This document shows, piece after piece, positions 1 through 14,160 of a stretch of 64,000 nt of DNA (the stretch's first letter is position 1; each line of letters begins with the position of its first letter). The notes beneath the pieces were generated by a model. That model had not been told where the DNA came from. It saw only the letters and a list, made by a program, of their open reading frames with translations, and did no database searches. This DNA is from Octopus sinensis (Eukaryota), in NCBI RefSeq assembly GCF_006345805.1, contig NC_043009.1:3534001-3598000 (forward strand), in the 5' to 3' direction. Both the position numbers and the translations under genes were made by a program.

Positions 1-934
1 TAAAGACAGTAATTCAAAGAAGAAAATTATTTTTAGGATACTACGGGAGAAGATAGTAGTGAGTATGTGACTAAGCAATCAGAAGCGCATCGTAGATGAA
101 GTGAAAGATGATTTGCACATAAAACAGGTTATAAATCGACAAGTTTACCTGAGAAAATGTTCTGGGAAACCGACTGCGCACATGTATATATAAATATGCA
201 TATCAAATACTTACGTATATATTTGAATATATATACACATACATTACCAGCGATATATATGTCTCTACATATAAATGCATATATATATATATATGTTTGT
301 ATGTATATATAATGTATATCGATATATATATATATATATAGACACATATGTATACATATATATACACATGCATATACATATATATGTTCAGTATATAAAA
401 TATATTCATATATATTTATATATATACATTCGCACATAGTTATACACGCATAAACGCACACATGCACATACATAAACACGCAAATACATGCATTATATTT
501 CATATCATTGCAAGACAGGATATTTGTTGAATATTGTGTGTCCTATGAATGATTCATATGGAAAGAGAAATCCGTATATTTTGTAGAAATATTGAAGAAA
601 ATACAGATGTATTCGATGATTTGCATGTCAAATATGGTTTCGGAGTTATTTCTAAGTGAAATCAATTATATAGAATATACGAAATATAGTTTTATGCGTC
701 CAATTAGTTGGAAATCATTGGTAAGTGGATACACACACATATATATATACATACAGAAAACCGACGCCCATAGAAACACATACACACATATGCACATACA
801 TGCATGTATATTTCCATCAAAATACTTACATCTTATTTCTCCCTCACATTCTCTCTCTTTTGCTTTGCCTATCGATCTATCAGTCAATGAACCTATCTAT
901 GAATTTGTATGTATGTCATTACGTATATCTATAA

Positions 935-974
<40 letters not shown>

Positions 975-1020
975 ATATATGTATATAAATATATATATAT
1001 ATATGTATAAATACATACAC

Positions 1021-1051
<31 letters not shown>

Positions 1052-1763
1052 AATGTATGCATGTGTGCATGTCTGTGTGTGTGTGTATCTATATTTACAC
1101 ATACATACATATATACATACATACATACATATATAAATACATACATATGTATATATATTCCCACATTAATATTGCATTGCTGCTATCAGTGTTTCAGGAA
1201 TATTTTTTATCATGTTTTGTTTTATGTGTTTTATTGCAAAAATCTACATATTTTTAATATTTCGCAAGGAATATTTTGGATCATAAGTGGGGAAAAATCG
1301 AAAATATACGAAAATTGCATATATTGTATGGAACGAGTTGAGGCGAAATACGAACTTTTATACGGAGCGTGGGAGACACGTAGAGGTGATAAATATATAT
1401 TATTATTCAATGGAAAGACAGAAAATGGACAACAGATATACTCTATTATCTCACTTTTGTTAAAGCTTCATATATGAACCTCGTTTCAATATGTCTGGGT
1501 ATGTGGTATGTGTTTATATATTTATGTATGAATGCATGAATATATATATATATGTACTTAAATATATATGTATATATTTATATATATATACACACAGGTG
1601 CATGTCTGTATTTATAATACCTGTATCTATCATCTATCTATCTATCTATATAATATATATATATATATATAATATATATATATATATAATATATATTATA
1701 TATATAAATAATATATATATATATGTATGTATTCATTTACATATATAGTATTGATATATATAT

Positions 1764-1795
<32 letters not shown>

Positions 1796-2930
1796 TATAT
1801 ATATATTTTTATATATGTGTGTATTTATAAATATATCTATATAGTATTTATATATATATATATATATATGTAATGTATGTATGTATTTATATATATACAT
1901 ATATATATATATATTGTATGTTTTATATATTTATATATATATAGATATATTGTATGTATTTATGTATTTATATATACATATATGTATTTATGTATTTCTA
2001 TATAAATATATGTATATATGTATTTCTATATATTTATGATATATATTATATACATATATATAAATTATAATATATATATATATATATATATACATATATT
2101 ATATGTATTTATGTATATGTATGTATTATATATATACGCATGTATATACATATATATGCATCATAAATATATATGCGTGCTACTGTTAGTGGGTGTGTAA
2201 CTTCGCCGGTTAATGTATATGTGCATATATGCATATCATATATATATATATCTATATATATATTAATATATATATATATATATATATATGACAGAGAAAG
2301 AGAAGGAGAGAGAGAGACAGAGTGATGGCGGAAAATATAGATTTTGCCGATGTATTCACATATATGCATAATTGAATTTGCGCGTGTGTGAACATATATA
2401 CGTATATATTTTGAAACTCGCACCCATACGTATAGACATTCATACATGCTTGCATACAAGCTTATTCCGGCTTCCAAAACAATGTACTAAACAGAAATTG
2501 TGTAGCTTATAATTCCTTTTTGAAGTAAAGTAATATTCTTTCGTGTTGGATCTCGTACACTTTACTCTTTGTTCAATACATATTCAACAATTTACAGGAA
2601 ATGTTAAAACTACACTAGGAAAGAACGATGTGTCCTGAAATTTGCTCATATGCATGATCTTTGTTTTAAATGCCCGATATATTTGCTTGAGGATGTGATT
2701 AAATATTCTCCCGAAGCAAACAATTGTTTCCTCGGTAACAAGCAAACGTTCTTGGAATTATGAATGAATCAACTATCTTACCTTAAAACTCCTTTAGCGA
2801 CGTCGAAAATCTCGTAAAATATTGCACGAAAATATTCAATTACTTTCAGTTACTTACTCTCTATACCAAGTAGATCTCTACTAAGGCAACCTCTATTAAT
2901 ATCATAAAAAATAAATTAAAAAGATTCACA

Positions 2931-3343
2931 TAGGAGTGGCTGTGTGGTATGTAGCTTGCTTACGATCTACATGGTTCCGGGTTCCGTCTCACTGCGTGGC
3001 ACCTTGGGCGAGTGTCTTCTACTATAGCCTCGGGCCAACCAAAGCCTTCTGAGTGGATTTGGTAGACGGAAACTGAAAGAAAGCCATCGTATATATGTAT
3101 ATGTATATATATGTATGTATGTGTGTGTGTATATGTTTGTGTGTCTGTGACTGTCCTCCCAACATCGCTTGACAGCCGATGCTGTTATGTTTACGTCCCC
3201 GTAACTTAGCGGTTCGGCAAAAGAGACCGATAGAATAAGTACTAGGCTTACAAAGAATAAGTCCTGGGGTCGATGTGCTCGACTAAAGGTGGTGCTCCAG
3301 CATGGCCAGTCAAATGACTGAAACAAATAAAAGAGTAAAAGAG
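2931..3343 (+). mobile_element. SINE family A (tRNA-derived head, CORE-like domain), near full length
   Basis: Head TAGGAGTGGCTGTGTGG, B-box-like GGGTTCCGTCTC, CORE-like CACCTTGGGCGAGTGTCTTC, internal (TA/TG)n, tail AAAAGAGTAAAAGAG. Same family recurs at 44946, 35632/37262, 37868 and 17737. Confidence 0.9.
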
Positions 3344-5204
3344 ACATGCCAGGAAGGTTCTGGCTTGGGGAGCACAATTAATCTAGATCTTTCGGCAATT
3401 GAAAGCAATGACTACTTTAGAGGGGATTATCATAACCTCTCATTCGGCAATTAATTCTGTTGAATTTGTCTCAACATTAAATTCGTCACTGTCATTTAAT
3501 AAAATCTTCTTAAGTTACGCTCAACCGTTGAATCATTGCCTTTCTTGCACATGATCTTCCTACACAATTGTCATTGTCAGTTGATATCAGAAACATTGAC
3601 AAATGAAAAGTGTTCGTGTCACTAGGATTTAGGAATTCGTCAAAAAAGAATGAACAGAAATGTTTCTATTTCACTGAGTCTTTATAATATTCCAGATCGC
3701 CAAAACATTATGTACGCACATAGCTTTAAATCTATTTCGATCTCGATTTATTCTTTGCTTCGGTATCTGTAGAACCTGTACGATTGTTTCATTATATTCT
3801 GCCACTTTTCGTACAAAGAGTATATTCAGCTAATAACATTTCTGTAATACATAAACTCACAGAGACACACATACATATATATATATATGCAGAAAGTGGG
3901 AAAGGGGAAGAAAGGGAGAGAGGAAAAAAGAGAAAGAACTCCAGTACTAATTAGCAACTATATTATAGTATAGATAGTAAATATAGGAATAAAAAAGTCC
4001 CATATTTCATATGACATTTAAAAGCTAGTGTCTTCTTCATCACTTAGTGATTGGACACTTAAACATACACACGCGCACACGCAAACACATATATATATAT
4101 ATATACATAGATACATCGTACTTACGCGGAGTAGATAAAACAGGGAACAACTGATGAAGGGAATGTTCTTTATGTTGCCTTTCTCGTTTCTCTGATTGTT
4201 TCTTTCGTTGTTCGAAAAAAAGTGCGTTTTCCATGTTTTTGTTTTTTATGTGTCCGTTTCTCATTTTGTTCACGTTGTTTTTACGTCCTGTACCCATATA
4301 TGCATGTATATATACACATATTTGAAGGTATGCACATATATGTATGTATATATGCATGTATATATATTATATATATATATGTGTGTGTGTGTGTTATATA
4401 TGTGTGTAAGTAAAAATATTATTTATTTTATATGGATATGTGTTTGTGCATGTTCAATCTCAGCATGATGTTTTGCAGAAACATATTCATATAAGTGAAT
4501 TGAAGGTTTACTTGGTAACTTTTGGACGACGAGAATACCGATAAACAGAAAAAAATTTGTAACCAAGGGTTGCAGATTTTCGATTGTGTATGTTTTTATG
4601 TCTCTGCGTGCGCACACACAGATAAACGCGTAAATATACGTTGTTGTGAGTGCATGATAGCGTGTGTGTATATTTCTAGTGTATAACACTGTGTCTTGTT
4701 TTAATAAGAAGGGCAATGTATGAATGGGATCCATATAGAAAAATCAAGAGCGATATATTTTACACGAATCAATTTTGTTCAAATTCTACACCCACAAATA
4801 TTTGCTTCCAAACATCTTTTCTTTCAAGCTTTTGCTAAGAAGGGGCAGGATAGTACCCTTGAAATTTTAGAGTAAGTGTGAGCGTGATGCGGTTTCTCTG
4901 ATTATTGCATCGAATTGGATTTGACTGACATCTCCATGTCCACTTTAACATATTGCAACACGGGCGACTGACTGACTTTAACATCTAAGATGATGAACGG
5001 TATCACTCACCACAAATTTCGGCAACAAGACTTTTGCCTACCTAAAGAAACAGAAAGCATAATTTGCCTTAGAGGATTGGTACTTAGACCGGCCTAAAAA
5101 AAAATCATTTGTGTTGTATATTTATTATACTGATGCCCTGATTAAATTTCAAATCAGGTTTGAAAATGTTAAATATTTCTTCCCTTAATATTCAGTGTAC
5201 ATTT

Positions 5205-5420
5205 GATACTGTTGTCACACAAATGGCACCCGGCCGGCGGCATGTAAAAGCACCCATTTCACTCTCTGAGTGGTTGGCGTTAAGAAGGTCATCCAGAGGT
5301 AGAAAACCCATGCCAAATCAGCCTGCAATGTGGTGCAACGTTCCAGAGCTTACCAGCCCTGTTCAAACCGCCCAACCCATTCCTGCGTGGACAACTGACG
5401 TTAAAAGATGATAATGATGA
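5205..5420 (+). mobile_element. Degenerate SINE/LINE 3' tail ending ...GACGTTAAAAGATGATAATGATG
   Basis: TGGTTGGCGTTAAGAAGGTCATCCAG...AACCCATTCC...GACGTTAAA followed by a (GAT)n tail. A related decayed tail lies at about 54330-54535. Confidence 0.6.
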
Positions 5421-5427
5421 TGATAAT

Positions 5428-5540
5428 GAAGAAGAAGAAGAAGAAGAAGAAGAAGAAGAAGAAGAAGAAGAAGAAGAAGAAAGAAGAAGAAGAAGAAGAA
5501 GAAGAAGAAGAAGAAGAAGAAGAAGAAGAAGAAGAAGAAG
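5428..5540. repeat. (GAA)n microsatellite
   Basis: Direct reading of the sequence. Confidence 0.97.
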
Positions 5541-6346
5541 ATTTTGGTACGTTTTATGCCAAAAACATCCCCTTGTTGAATGTTTAAGAAATGCCTGTGG
5601 ATTTTTGGTTATTCAATAAATGATTAATATATTCACGGTTACAACTGTCATCTCACCTGTCATGTCAGAAATTATATAAACATAGGAAAGTATGAAGTTC
5701 GGAGATAAGAAAAAAAAATAACGGAAGCTGAAAACAGAATAGTGAATGCTAGTGCAAGAGTCGTCATCGCGTAGGTTTTCTGATCCTGCTGCGTTAACCC
5801 ATCCTTTTATTAATTCAGTAAGAAACTACTACTTTAGAGTGGGTGACTGGTAGAGGATATAGAGCATTGGACGAGATATATTGCAGTGTTCGGCTTTACT
5901 TTAGATTCCTTGGGTTGTAGATTTAATTCATTGCTCAGCTAAACATCTGATCCTTCTTTAGTTCTTCTTTAGTGGTGTTCATTCCGTTGGAATCATTAAG
6001 GCCAGATCAGCCGCTTGAGAATAAGATTCTCCATTTCTGTTGGTGTTCTTGTTTGTCCACGTGTATCTAAAATTGAAGTAATATAATCAATGTCACGTCA
6101 ACCGTGGTAATACCATATAATATACATAGAATTACATTGTATATCGCAACCTTCCATTCTATGTTTAGAAATACGATAGAGCAATGTAAAAAAAATATCT
6201 ATGTTTAACGTAAAGGTTCAAGTCCTGAGCTAATCGTTTTCTGATTAAATTAAAAATGTAGATTAATGGGGTGAATATTACATCAAGAAAATAAAGGGAA
6301 AAATAAAATGCATAAGAAAAATAATTAAACATATAACAATAAAAAT

Positions 6347-6619
6347 TATTCTATTGTGTCTGGGGAGAGTCATTTTCTTTTTGTGCCTTATTATGTAACC
6401 ACTCACCGGTAAAATTTCCAAGTTTTTCTTATTTTTATCGTCCTAAAATTTTCCTTGCGTCTTGCAACCTTTTCAATCGTTTAAAAGTATTGAAAATGTT
6501 GCAAGACGCAACGAAAGTTTTAGGAAATAAAAATAAGAAAAGAGTGGAAATTTTACTGGTGAGTGTGTTATATTATAAAGACCAAAAAGAAAATGACTCT
6601 CCCCAGACACAACGGAATA
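6347..6619. mobile_element. Foldback MITE-like element with about 130-bp imperfect inverted arms
   Basis: Left TTGTGTCTGGGGAGAGTCATTTTCTTTTTG...TTGCGTCTTGCAAC..TTTCAAT mirrors right ATTGAAA..GTTGCAAGACGCAA...CAAAAAGAAAATGACTCTCCCCAGACACAA. Spacer 6478-6488. Confidence 0.85.
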
Positions 6620-7428
6620 TGCTTCAACACACGAACTCATATAAAGAATCTTGCAAACCAAATCCAAAATCGAAAAATAAAAGTTATAATTTCTGAACTA
6701 TCTCAGAGATCTGAGGCATGAGTGAAGATGAGTATTCCTAACTGTAGAGATGTGGGATTTCCACGTACAGTACAAGGCATACAGTCGCAACTTGCAAAAA
6801 GGCATGTGTCGGTGATATATAATGTGCTTCCTGTATTTGTTTTAAATTCCTAAATAGTCGAGAAAAGACATAGGATCTTGCTCAGACCTCTTAGATGTTA
6901 AAGTCGAAATGAAAGAGCGACAATAGTGCTTGGCTGATATCATTATAGCTGAATGAAAATGCAACTCCCAGGTCAAATATTTGAAACAAAAACCTCATAA
7001 TCACAAGACGAACGCAACAATTTCTATTAATACAATTTTACAAAAGTCATACCGTATCTTTATTTTACAAAAATCTTACCGCTTCTTTATTTTAAAAATG
7101 CAAATATCTAGGCTAGAAATAATGTCGTCTGTGAGCCAAAACAAGTTCCATTACATTATAAAGCATGATACAAATATTGTAAATTAAGTACGAAGATAAA
7201 GAAGATTTAAAACTGTATATTAAAATTAGTAAGTACAAGGTATTTTTAAAACCAAATTATCGAAGACCAATTATATAGTTCGCAAAATATTTCATATACC
7301 AGGTATGTAAAATATGTAATTATACCTACATACCTTCACACATATGTAGGTGTATATGTGAGTGTGTGTGTGCTCGCTGTTATACGCATGCGAAGTATTA
7401 CGCATGTATATATAAAAATATATATATG

Positions 7429-7467
<39 letters not shown>

Positions 7468-7540
7468 ACATATATATGCATACGTACATATCATACATAT
7501 GCATGTCATATAAATGTCTACAGGTATATGTAGATATATG

Positions 7541-7578
<38 letters not shown>

Positions 7579-7653
7579 AGGCATAGCTATATGCATATAT
7601 ATATATATATACATACATACATACATACATACATACATACATACATGCATTAC

Positions 7654-7703
<50 letters not shown>

Positions 7704-8134
7704 TGATAGATATAGATATAGATATATACCCACATATACATGCACTTTTAAGAACCACCATATATATATATATATATATATATATGTCAGAAGCAGAAAA
7801 ACGAGTCTTGAAATGATATACAGAAATTTTTCAGAAATTAAACATTGCAAGGTGAGTAATCTACGTGAAAAATCAATTTTTAACCCAAGAATGATGTTGT
7901 ATTTAATATATTTTCTTTGGCGTTTTGTATTCTCTATTTCTTCTATATTGTGTTTTCTGATCATATGTTTTATTTACATTTTTTCATCTATGACTAATGA
8001 ATGTGTCATCACAAACAGAGAACATGAAAAGGAAGCAACGTAAAAGTGGAATGACATAGAATACACGTATGTATATCTATGTTAGCATTCACGTAGTTGT
8101 GACTGTGAATTATATACATATGCGTGTCTATATC

Positions 8135-8176
<42 letters not shown>

Positions 8177-8632
8177 GTGTGTGTGTTTTTGTGAGTATAT
8201 GTATAAAGTTGATATATATTCGTAAGTACATCTATCTGAATTTTTATAACTATATGTATTAATCTATACAGCTTGTGTAACTTCATCTATGTGCCTAACT
8301 ATATAACTAGCTATCTATATTCCAATACACACACATAAATATACGCACCCGCACATATACGTATAGATATATATATATATACACGCACAAGTAAACACAG
8401 AGATAGAAAACAGCGTGGAAAAATATAGTTCTTGAATACCAAAGGTATAGTTATATATTATTTTATTATAGCCGAAAAATATAGTCGCAAACTGTTACTC
8501 AATGTTTCACGTGAACGTTCATCAGGTTCTTGGGATAATAATATTATCACCAGTGTTTCATGAAGAGTGACTTCAAACTCTGAGCAACCGTTTCTGAAGA
8601 CTTTTTTCCGATTTAAAATCTATTATGTGTGT

Positions 8633-8752
8633 GTGAAGGTGCATTGCCTCGTAGACAAGCTGTTGCATCACGATTAGTAGATCGTGGGTTCGATTCCAGG
8701 CAAGGGAGCTCCCTGTTTTCCAGAGCAAGTCATTTCATTCACGTTGCTCCAA
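8633..8752 (+). mobile_element. Partial tRNA-headed SINE (family D-like)
   Basis: B box GGGTTCGATTCC, then GAGCAAGTCATTTCATTCACGTTGCTCC. Confidence 0.65.
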
Positions 8753-8986
8753 TCTTTGGCCTTCTACACTAAACAGCGGGGCTGCAGAGTTCACATTGTG
8801 ACCAACGATTTGTATCAATGTCTAATTGTCTGGTAGACCACATAATTATATGCATATGCATATATATGCGTACATATACGTATGAATGAATGTATCTACA
8901 TGCATACACATATGCATTTATGTATGTATGTATACACACACACACAGATACACACACACATATACACACACACACACACATATATG

Positions 8987-9025
<39 letters not shown>

Positions 9026-9107
9026 CATATTGATAAAGCGGTAAGATTACAAAAGAAAAAAGATACCTAGATATATGTAAAAAAATATATAGTATATGTA
9101 AATATAT

Positions 9108-9198
<91 letters not shown>

Positions 9199-9359
9199 TA
9201 TATATATATATATCACTGGTATGGTTTTACTTTCGAATTTGCAAATAGTTCACGGCGATTTGCGCATTTAGCATTCTACTTAAGATATTGCAAGTAGTGA
9301 AATATTGAGCGAAAAGAAAAAAAAACCCAGCAAAACAAAATAGAAAATCAGGGGTAAAT

Positions 9360-9616
9360 AAGCGGTTTCCGAGGTACAAGTCCAGGCAAGATTGTTTATG
9401 GAGGACCAGTATTCGCCCATGCATACTGTCCTTCCCTCTCCACGCTACCTGTGTTATCCTAGGGAAAGGCAAAGGCCGATACAGCTTGCCACCTGTGACG
9501 TCGCAAATCATTTCTACAGCTGAGTTAAATAGAGCAACGTGAAATAAAATGTCTTGCTCAAGAACACAAGTAGCACTGTCCGGGATTCGACGCTCTAACC
9601 ACTGAGCCATGCGCAT
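9360..9616 (-). mobile_element. SINE family D
   Basis: Shares GGGAAAGGCAAAGGCCGATACAGCTTG...TGTCTTGCTCAAGAACAC...CTCTAACCACTGAGCCA with copies at 40822-41148 (-) and 35201-35530 (+). Confidence 0.85.
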
Positions 9617-10248
9617 TCGCATATATAATTGCGAGAGAACTATAACAGCTTGTAAGAATTTCATTTGTCAACATGAAAATTCAACTATCACGACAAATTA
9701 TTTGGTATATTAAAGACAGGCAGATAATCTATATTTTTACATCTAATCTCTCTATATATAAACGGCATATATATAAACGGCATATATATAAATGTCTGCG
9801 TGTGTATCCTTCATACAAATCCACAATTTTTTCAGTTAGGGGGCTCGCACTTTCTATGGTCATTCAAAACCGTCCAAGAGTGGTCGTGCACATCTTTACA
9901 TTTCCCCAGTCACCACGCAAAGCCATTAAAAAATCAATAGTAGTGACTTTTTTGTGAATTTTCGATCCAAAACCGAATCAAAATGCTCGAAACTGGATAC
10001 GACAATTGAATGCCAGCTGACTGTATGTGATTGGTCGGAGATTTGGACAGTACTCGCGTGTATATGCCCATGCACGCAGCTGTATATGCATGTACTAGCA
10101 CTATGACCCGGCAAGTAATATATAAATTATTTTAATGCCTTCATTGATGCCAACTGCAAAAATACAATCAGGATTCAAGCTAGGTCCTCAGGTGAAAGAA
10201 AGTCTTTGCTAAGGACTACCGGATACTATGAATCCATATATTGTGACT

Positions 10249-10294
<46 letters not shown>

Positions 10295-10339
10295 CACCAC
10301 ATCATCCAAACATGCACTTGTCTATGGTTAATGATATAT

Positions 10340-10720
10340 GCGTATGCATCCATAAACAAGGTAGTTGATTTTTCTAAGAACCCACTTGCTTGCTAGAAAC
10401 TCATCAAGGTAGACACGCTACAATGATATTTTGGCAGTTAGCCTGTTTCCAAGCAATGAAGCCCTATTTCTTCAAAGGCGTGTTGGATTCTTGGCATTTC
10501 ACATGGTCGCAGGCATTTGAAGTAATTGAAACAAGACACACTATCATCAAAAAGGAATGGTCCAATTAATGTTTGATGATAATGCACCAGTTTGATGCTA
10601 ATGTACCGGTGCCATCATAAGACCGTGAATGCAAATGGGGCGTTGAGGAAACTATTATTTTCCAGCCATAATCTAGATTCAACTTTTTGTCGTTTTTAGT
10701 AGCACCTTCAATATCCACAT
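10340..10720 (-). pseudogene. Degenerate Tc1/mariner-like transposase fragment
   Basis: Frameshifted minus-strand translation gives LIGPFLFDDSVSCFNY and YLDEFLASKWV-like segments, resembling the IIGPFFF...YL and YLDE.F..RWIG segments of Tc1/mariner transposases. No TIRs found. Confidence 0.45.
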
Positions 10721-11107
10721 TGTTTGGCGTATAGCCACGTAACGCTGAGTGAATCCAACGATTTTACAAAATTTATACAGTTATTGATTTCTATGACGTG
10801 GTTCACTCAGCAAAAATAAACGAACACCACCGAATAACCTATATGTTTCTAGAGAAACTTGACGATAAAGTAGGGAGGATGAGAAACCAGGCTTTTTTTT
10901 TCTCACATCTCTTTTTTGCTTCGGGATTTCCTCATGTTTTCTTGTCGAGCCTGGTTTTTAAATATAACGTCTTAACTGAACTTCAAAGATTGCTTGGAGA
11001 TGCATGGTGACATATATAACGCTAACAGTTTACTGTATCTTAAAGCAATGAGTCTATGAGTAGCTCCCTTGTAATGGTTCATATTACATGTCGTATATAT
11101 ATATAAC

Positions 11108-11139
<32 letters not shown>

Positions 11140-11343
11140 CGTGCGTGTGTATAGATAAATATGTATGTATGCATATGTAAGTGTCACTCTCTCTCTATAT
11201 ATAAATGTATATATGTATATATATATAGAGAGAGGAGAGAGGAAGAGAGAGAGGAGGAAGACTGTGCTGGGAAAAGAGATACAGGGAAAGAGAGTGGAAA
11301 AGAGAGACGGAGAGAGATGCAGGGAGATATATATAATATATAT

Positions 11344-11403
<60 letters not shown>

Positions 11404-11621
11404 AACGAATGAATCCATCATGGATTATATTTCCGCTTGGGAATAAAAAGTGATAAGATCTTTTCGATTACGTTACACATGTGCGAAACTTAGTGCGAAA
11501 ATATATTGTTAAAAGTGTAATTCTAGTATTATACCTACAGCTGGAGTCTGTTACTTTATAAAGCACATGCAGATAAACACGGACATATATACGTACATAT
11601 CTTTGTGCATAATATATATGC

Positions 11622-11659
<38 letters not shown>

Positions 11660-11719
11660 CACTTAAATATATATGTATAGTATATATATATATATAATAT
11701 ATTATATATATATATGTAT

Positions 11720-11750
<31 letters not shown>

Positions 11751-11751
<1 letters not shown>

Positions 11752-11976
11752 TCTTTACTACCCACAAGGGGCTAAACATAGAGGGGACAAACAAAGACAG
11801 ACCAAGGGATTAAGTCGATTACATCGACCCCAGTGGGTAACTGGTACTTAATTTATCGATCCCGAAAGAATGAAAGGCAAAGTCGACCTCGGCGGAATTT
11901 GAACTCACAACGTAACGACAGACGAAATACGCTAAGCATTTCGCCCGGCGCGCTAACGTTTCTTCCAGCTCGCCGC
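11751..11976 (-). mobile_element. SINE family B, full length
   Basis: Minus strand reads GCGGCGAGCTGGAAGAAACGTTAGC..., B box GAGTTCAAATTCC, central TTTGCCTTTCATTCTTTCGGGATCGATAAATTAAGTACCAG, tail CCTTGTGGGTAGTAAAGAA. Confidence 0.92.
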
Positions 11977-11978
11977 TC

Positions 11979-12139
<161 letters not shown>

Positions 12140-12199
12140 CACATATCATATCTCTCTCTCTCCCTCCCACTAACTATCCATCCATCAATCCATGTACAT

Positions 12200-12232
<33 letters not shown>

Positions 12233-12295
12233 TATATATAATATATGAACGTAACAACCGCGATAGTCAATTGATTTACAGTATATATATATATA

Positions 12296-12513
12296 CTGTA
12301 ATCAATTGACTATCGCGGTTGTTACGTTCAAAAACCTCCACACAAATAATGAAAATCTGAAAATTTTAAAATAGTTATCAGCCCAGAAATTCGGATATAT
12401 GGAGGTTTCCGCGAATTTAAACTTACATATATTGGCCAGAATAATCCGCGATGAACTGAGTACTATCTACTGAGAGCGCAATAGGTGAACCGCGATATGA
12501 CGACGGATTACTG
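12296..12513. mobile_element. Tigger/pogo-like MITE
   Basis: Imperfect TIRs CTGTAATCAATTGACTATCGCGGTT and (reverse complement of right end) CAGTAATCCGTCGTCATATCGCGGTT, each flanked by TA. Confidence 0.75.
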
Positions 12514-13140
12514 TATATATATATATGAAATGCATGACAGAGAACTCCTTAGCTTAATCACGACATGATACTCAAACCGTAGGTAACATGCACTATTGAA
12601 TGCACGTATAGAAGTATGTTATGTAAAATTAAAATATACATACATATACATAAACGTGTGTTTGTATGTATATGTGCGTGTGTATGTGCTTGTATGTATA
12701 TATATAAATATATATATGCACACACATACACACACATATATATATGGAATCGTAACCATGTATGTATTCAAACAGAATAGAAATATTTTTGGAATTTCCT
12801 TATTAAATTATGGGTAGAACTATTTAGGTTTGCATTCTTCTATTTGCATTAAGATGCTATGTTTTCATTCCTTCACATGCCTGCAATTTCATACATATAT
12901 CTTTGTCATTTCTCTAAAATTTTTTCGCGTTAGAATTAATATTTCTTCCAAATATTATCTGGTTTACACATCAAACTCTCTGCTCTGATATGACGAATGC
13001 AAAGTGTCTATATATATATACAAACACAAACACACACACACACACACATATATATATGCACGTACGGATGCACATCACACACACGTACACACACACAGAT
13101 ATATATGTACATATGTGAAAGCATGTGGTGTATATATGTG

Positions 13141-13365
13141 TGGCAGAAACGTTAGCACGCCAGGCGAAATGCGTAGCCGTATTTCGTCTGCTGTTACGTT
13201 CTGGGGTCAAATTCCGCCGAGGTCGACTTTGCCTTTCATCCTTTCGGGGTCGATAAATTAATTACCAGTTACGCACTGGGGTCAATGTAATCGACTTAAT
13301 CGTTGTCTGTCCTTGTTTGTCCCCTCTGTGTTTAGGCCCTTGTGGATAGTAAAGAAATAGATATT
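13141..13365 (+). mobile_element. SINE family B, near full length
   Basis: TGGCAGAAACGTTAGCACGCC...GGGTCAAATTCCGCCGAGGTCGACTTTGCCTTTCATCCTTTCGGGGTCGATAAA...GTAAAGAAATAG. Confidence 0.92.
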
Positions 13366-13381
13366 TATGTGTGTGTGTGTA

Positions 13382-14160
13382 CAGGGTGCAAGGGGTAAAT
13401 TGTCACCATTTTATGTACTTAATTTTGTACATGCGCATTGCTTGATGTCCATGATTTTGTCGACTGCGCAATAGAGTTGAGTCCGTTGAGCACCGGCTGT
13501 TAGTAAAACAGCACCACGACGCTATTCATTCTTCAGTAAAATTGGAAAATATGGAGAACACACAGAACAACGTTTAACTTTCTGTCGCCCGAGGGTGATA
13601 AAAATCAGACACCCGCTCAGCATAATGGTGTTTGGAGTAATCACTAGTCGTGGCGCCGTTATGCCTCCATTCATTTTCTCACACGGCCTCAGACTCAACA
13701 CGAAAGCCTACATCAAGTGCTCGGAGTAGGTAGAGCTGCTCTGGGCCTAGAGGGTGGCTGTTAGAAGACCCTATGTCTGACAACAAAACACTGCACAATG
13801 CCACAGAAGCAGGAGAACACAGTCATTGCGTCACACAATTCTGCGATCACATCAGCCCTAAAATCTGGCCACATAACTCCCCAGACTACAACCCCTTGAT
13901 TAGCATGTGTAGAGCGCAGTTGAGCGAGACACCATCAAAACTCCATGTAACACCGAAGATGAACTGAAAGCAATTATTTTGGCAGCATTCACTAACTTAA
14001 AGAAGGAGATCGTCCAGAAACGTTACCGGAGATTCAGTAGGCCTCTAGAGGCCATGGTTGAAGCCAATGGCGATTTTATTGAATGAATTTACTTATTACT
14101 AATTCAAGATATTTTTCATGTAATTTTAGTAAATATTAAAATGAGATGTCAGCGTTGTAT
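13382..14160 (+). mobile_element. Internally deleted Tc1/mariner transposon (maT/DD37D-like), pseudogenised C-terminal transposase
   Basis: Begins TA|CAGGGTGCAAGGGG. Frameshifted translation RHPLSIMVFGVITSRGAVMPPFIF...WPHNSPDYNPLD...ELKAIILAAFTNL...LEAMVEANGDFIE* (stop at 14084-14086). The third catalytic residue context is SPDYNPLD. Right TIR not found. Confidence 0.8.

Noticed and set aside
2780-2860. Possible minus-strand exon (AAG|GTAAGA donor; IEYFRAIFYEIFDVAKGVL)
   Set aside because: No convincing acceptor and no recognisable homology.
7829-7857. Possible 17-nt micro-exon (TTTTTCAG...CAAG|GTGAGT)
   Set aside because: Such motifs occur by chance in 64 kb, and no partner exons were identified.
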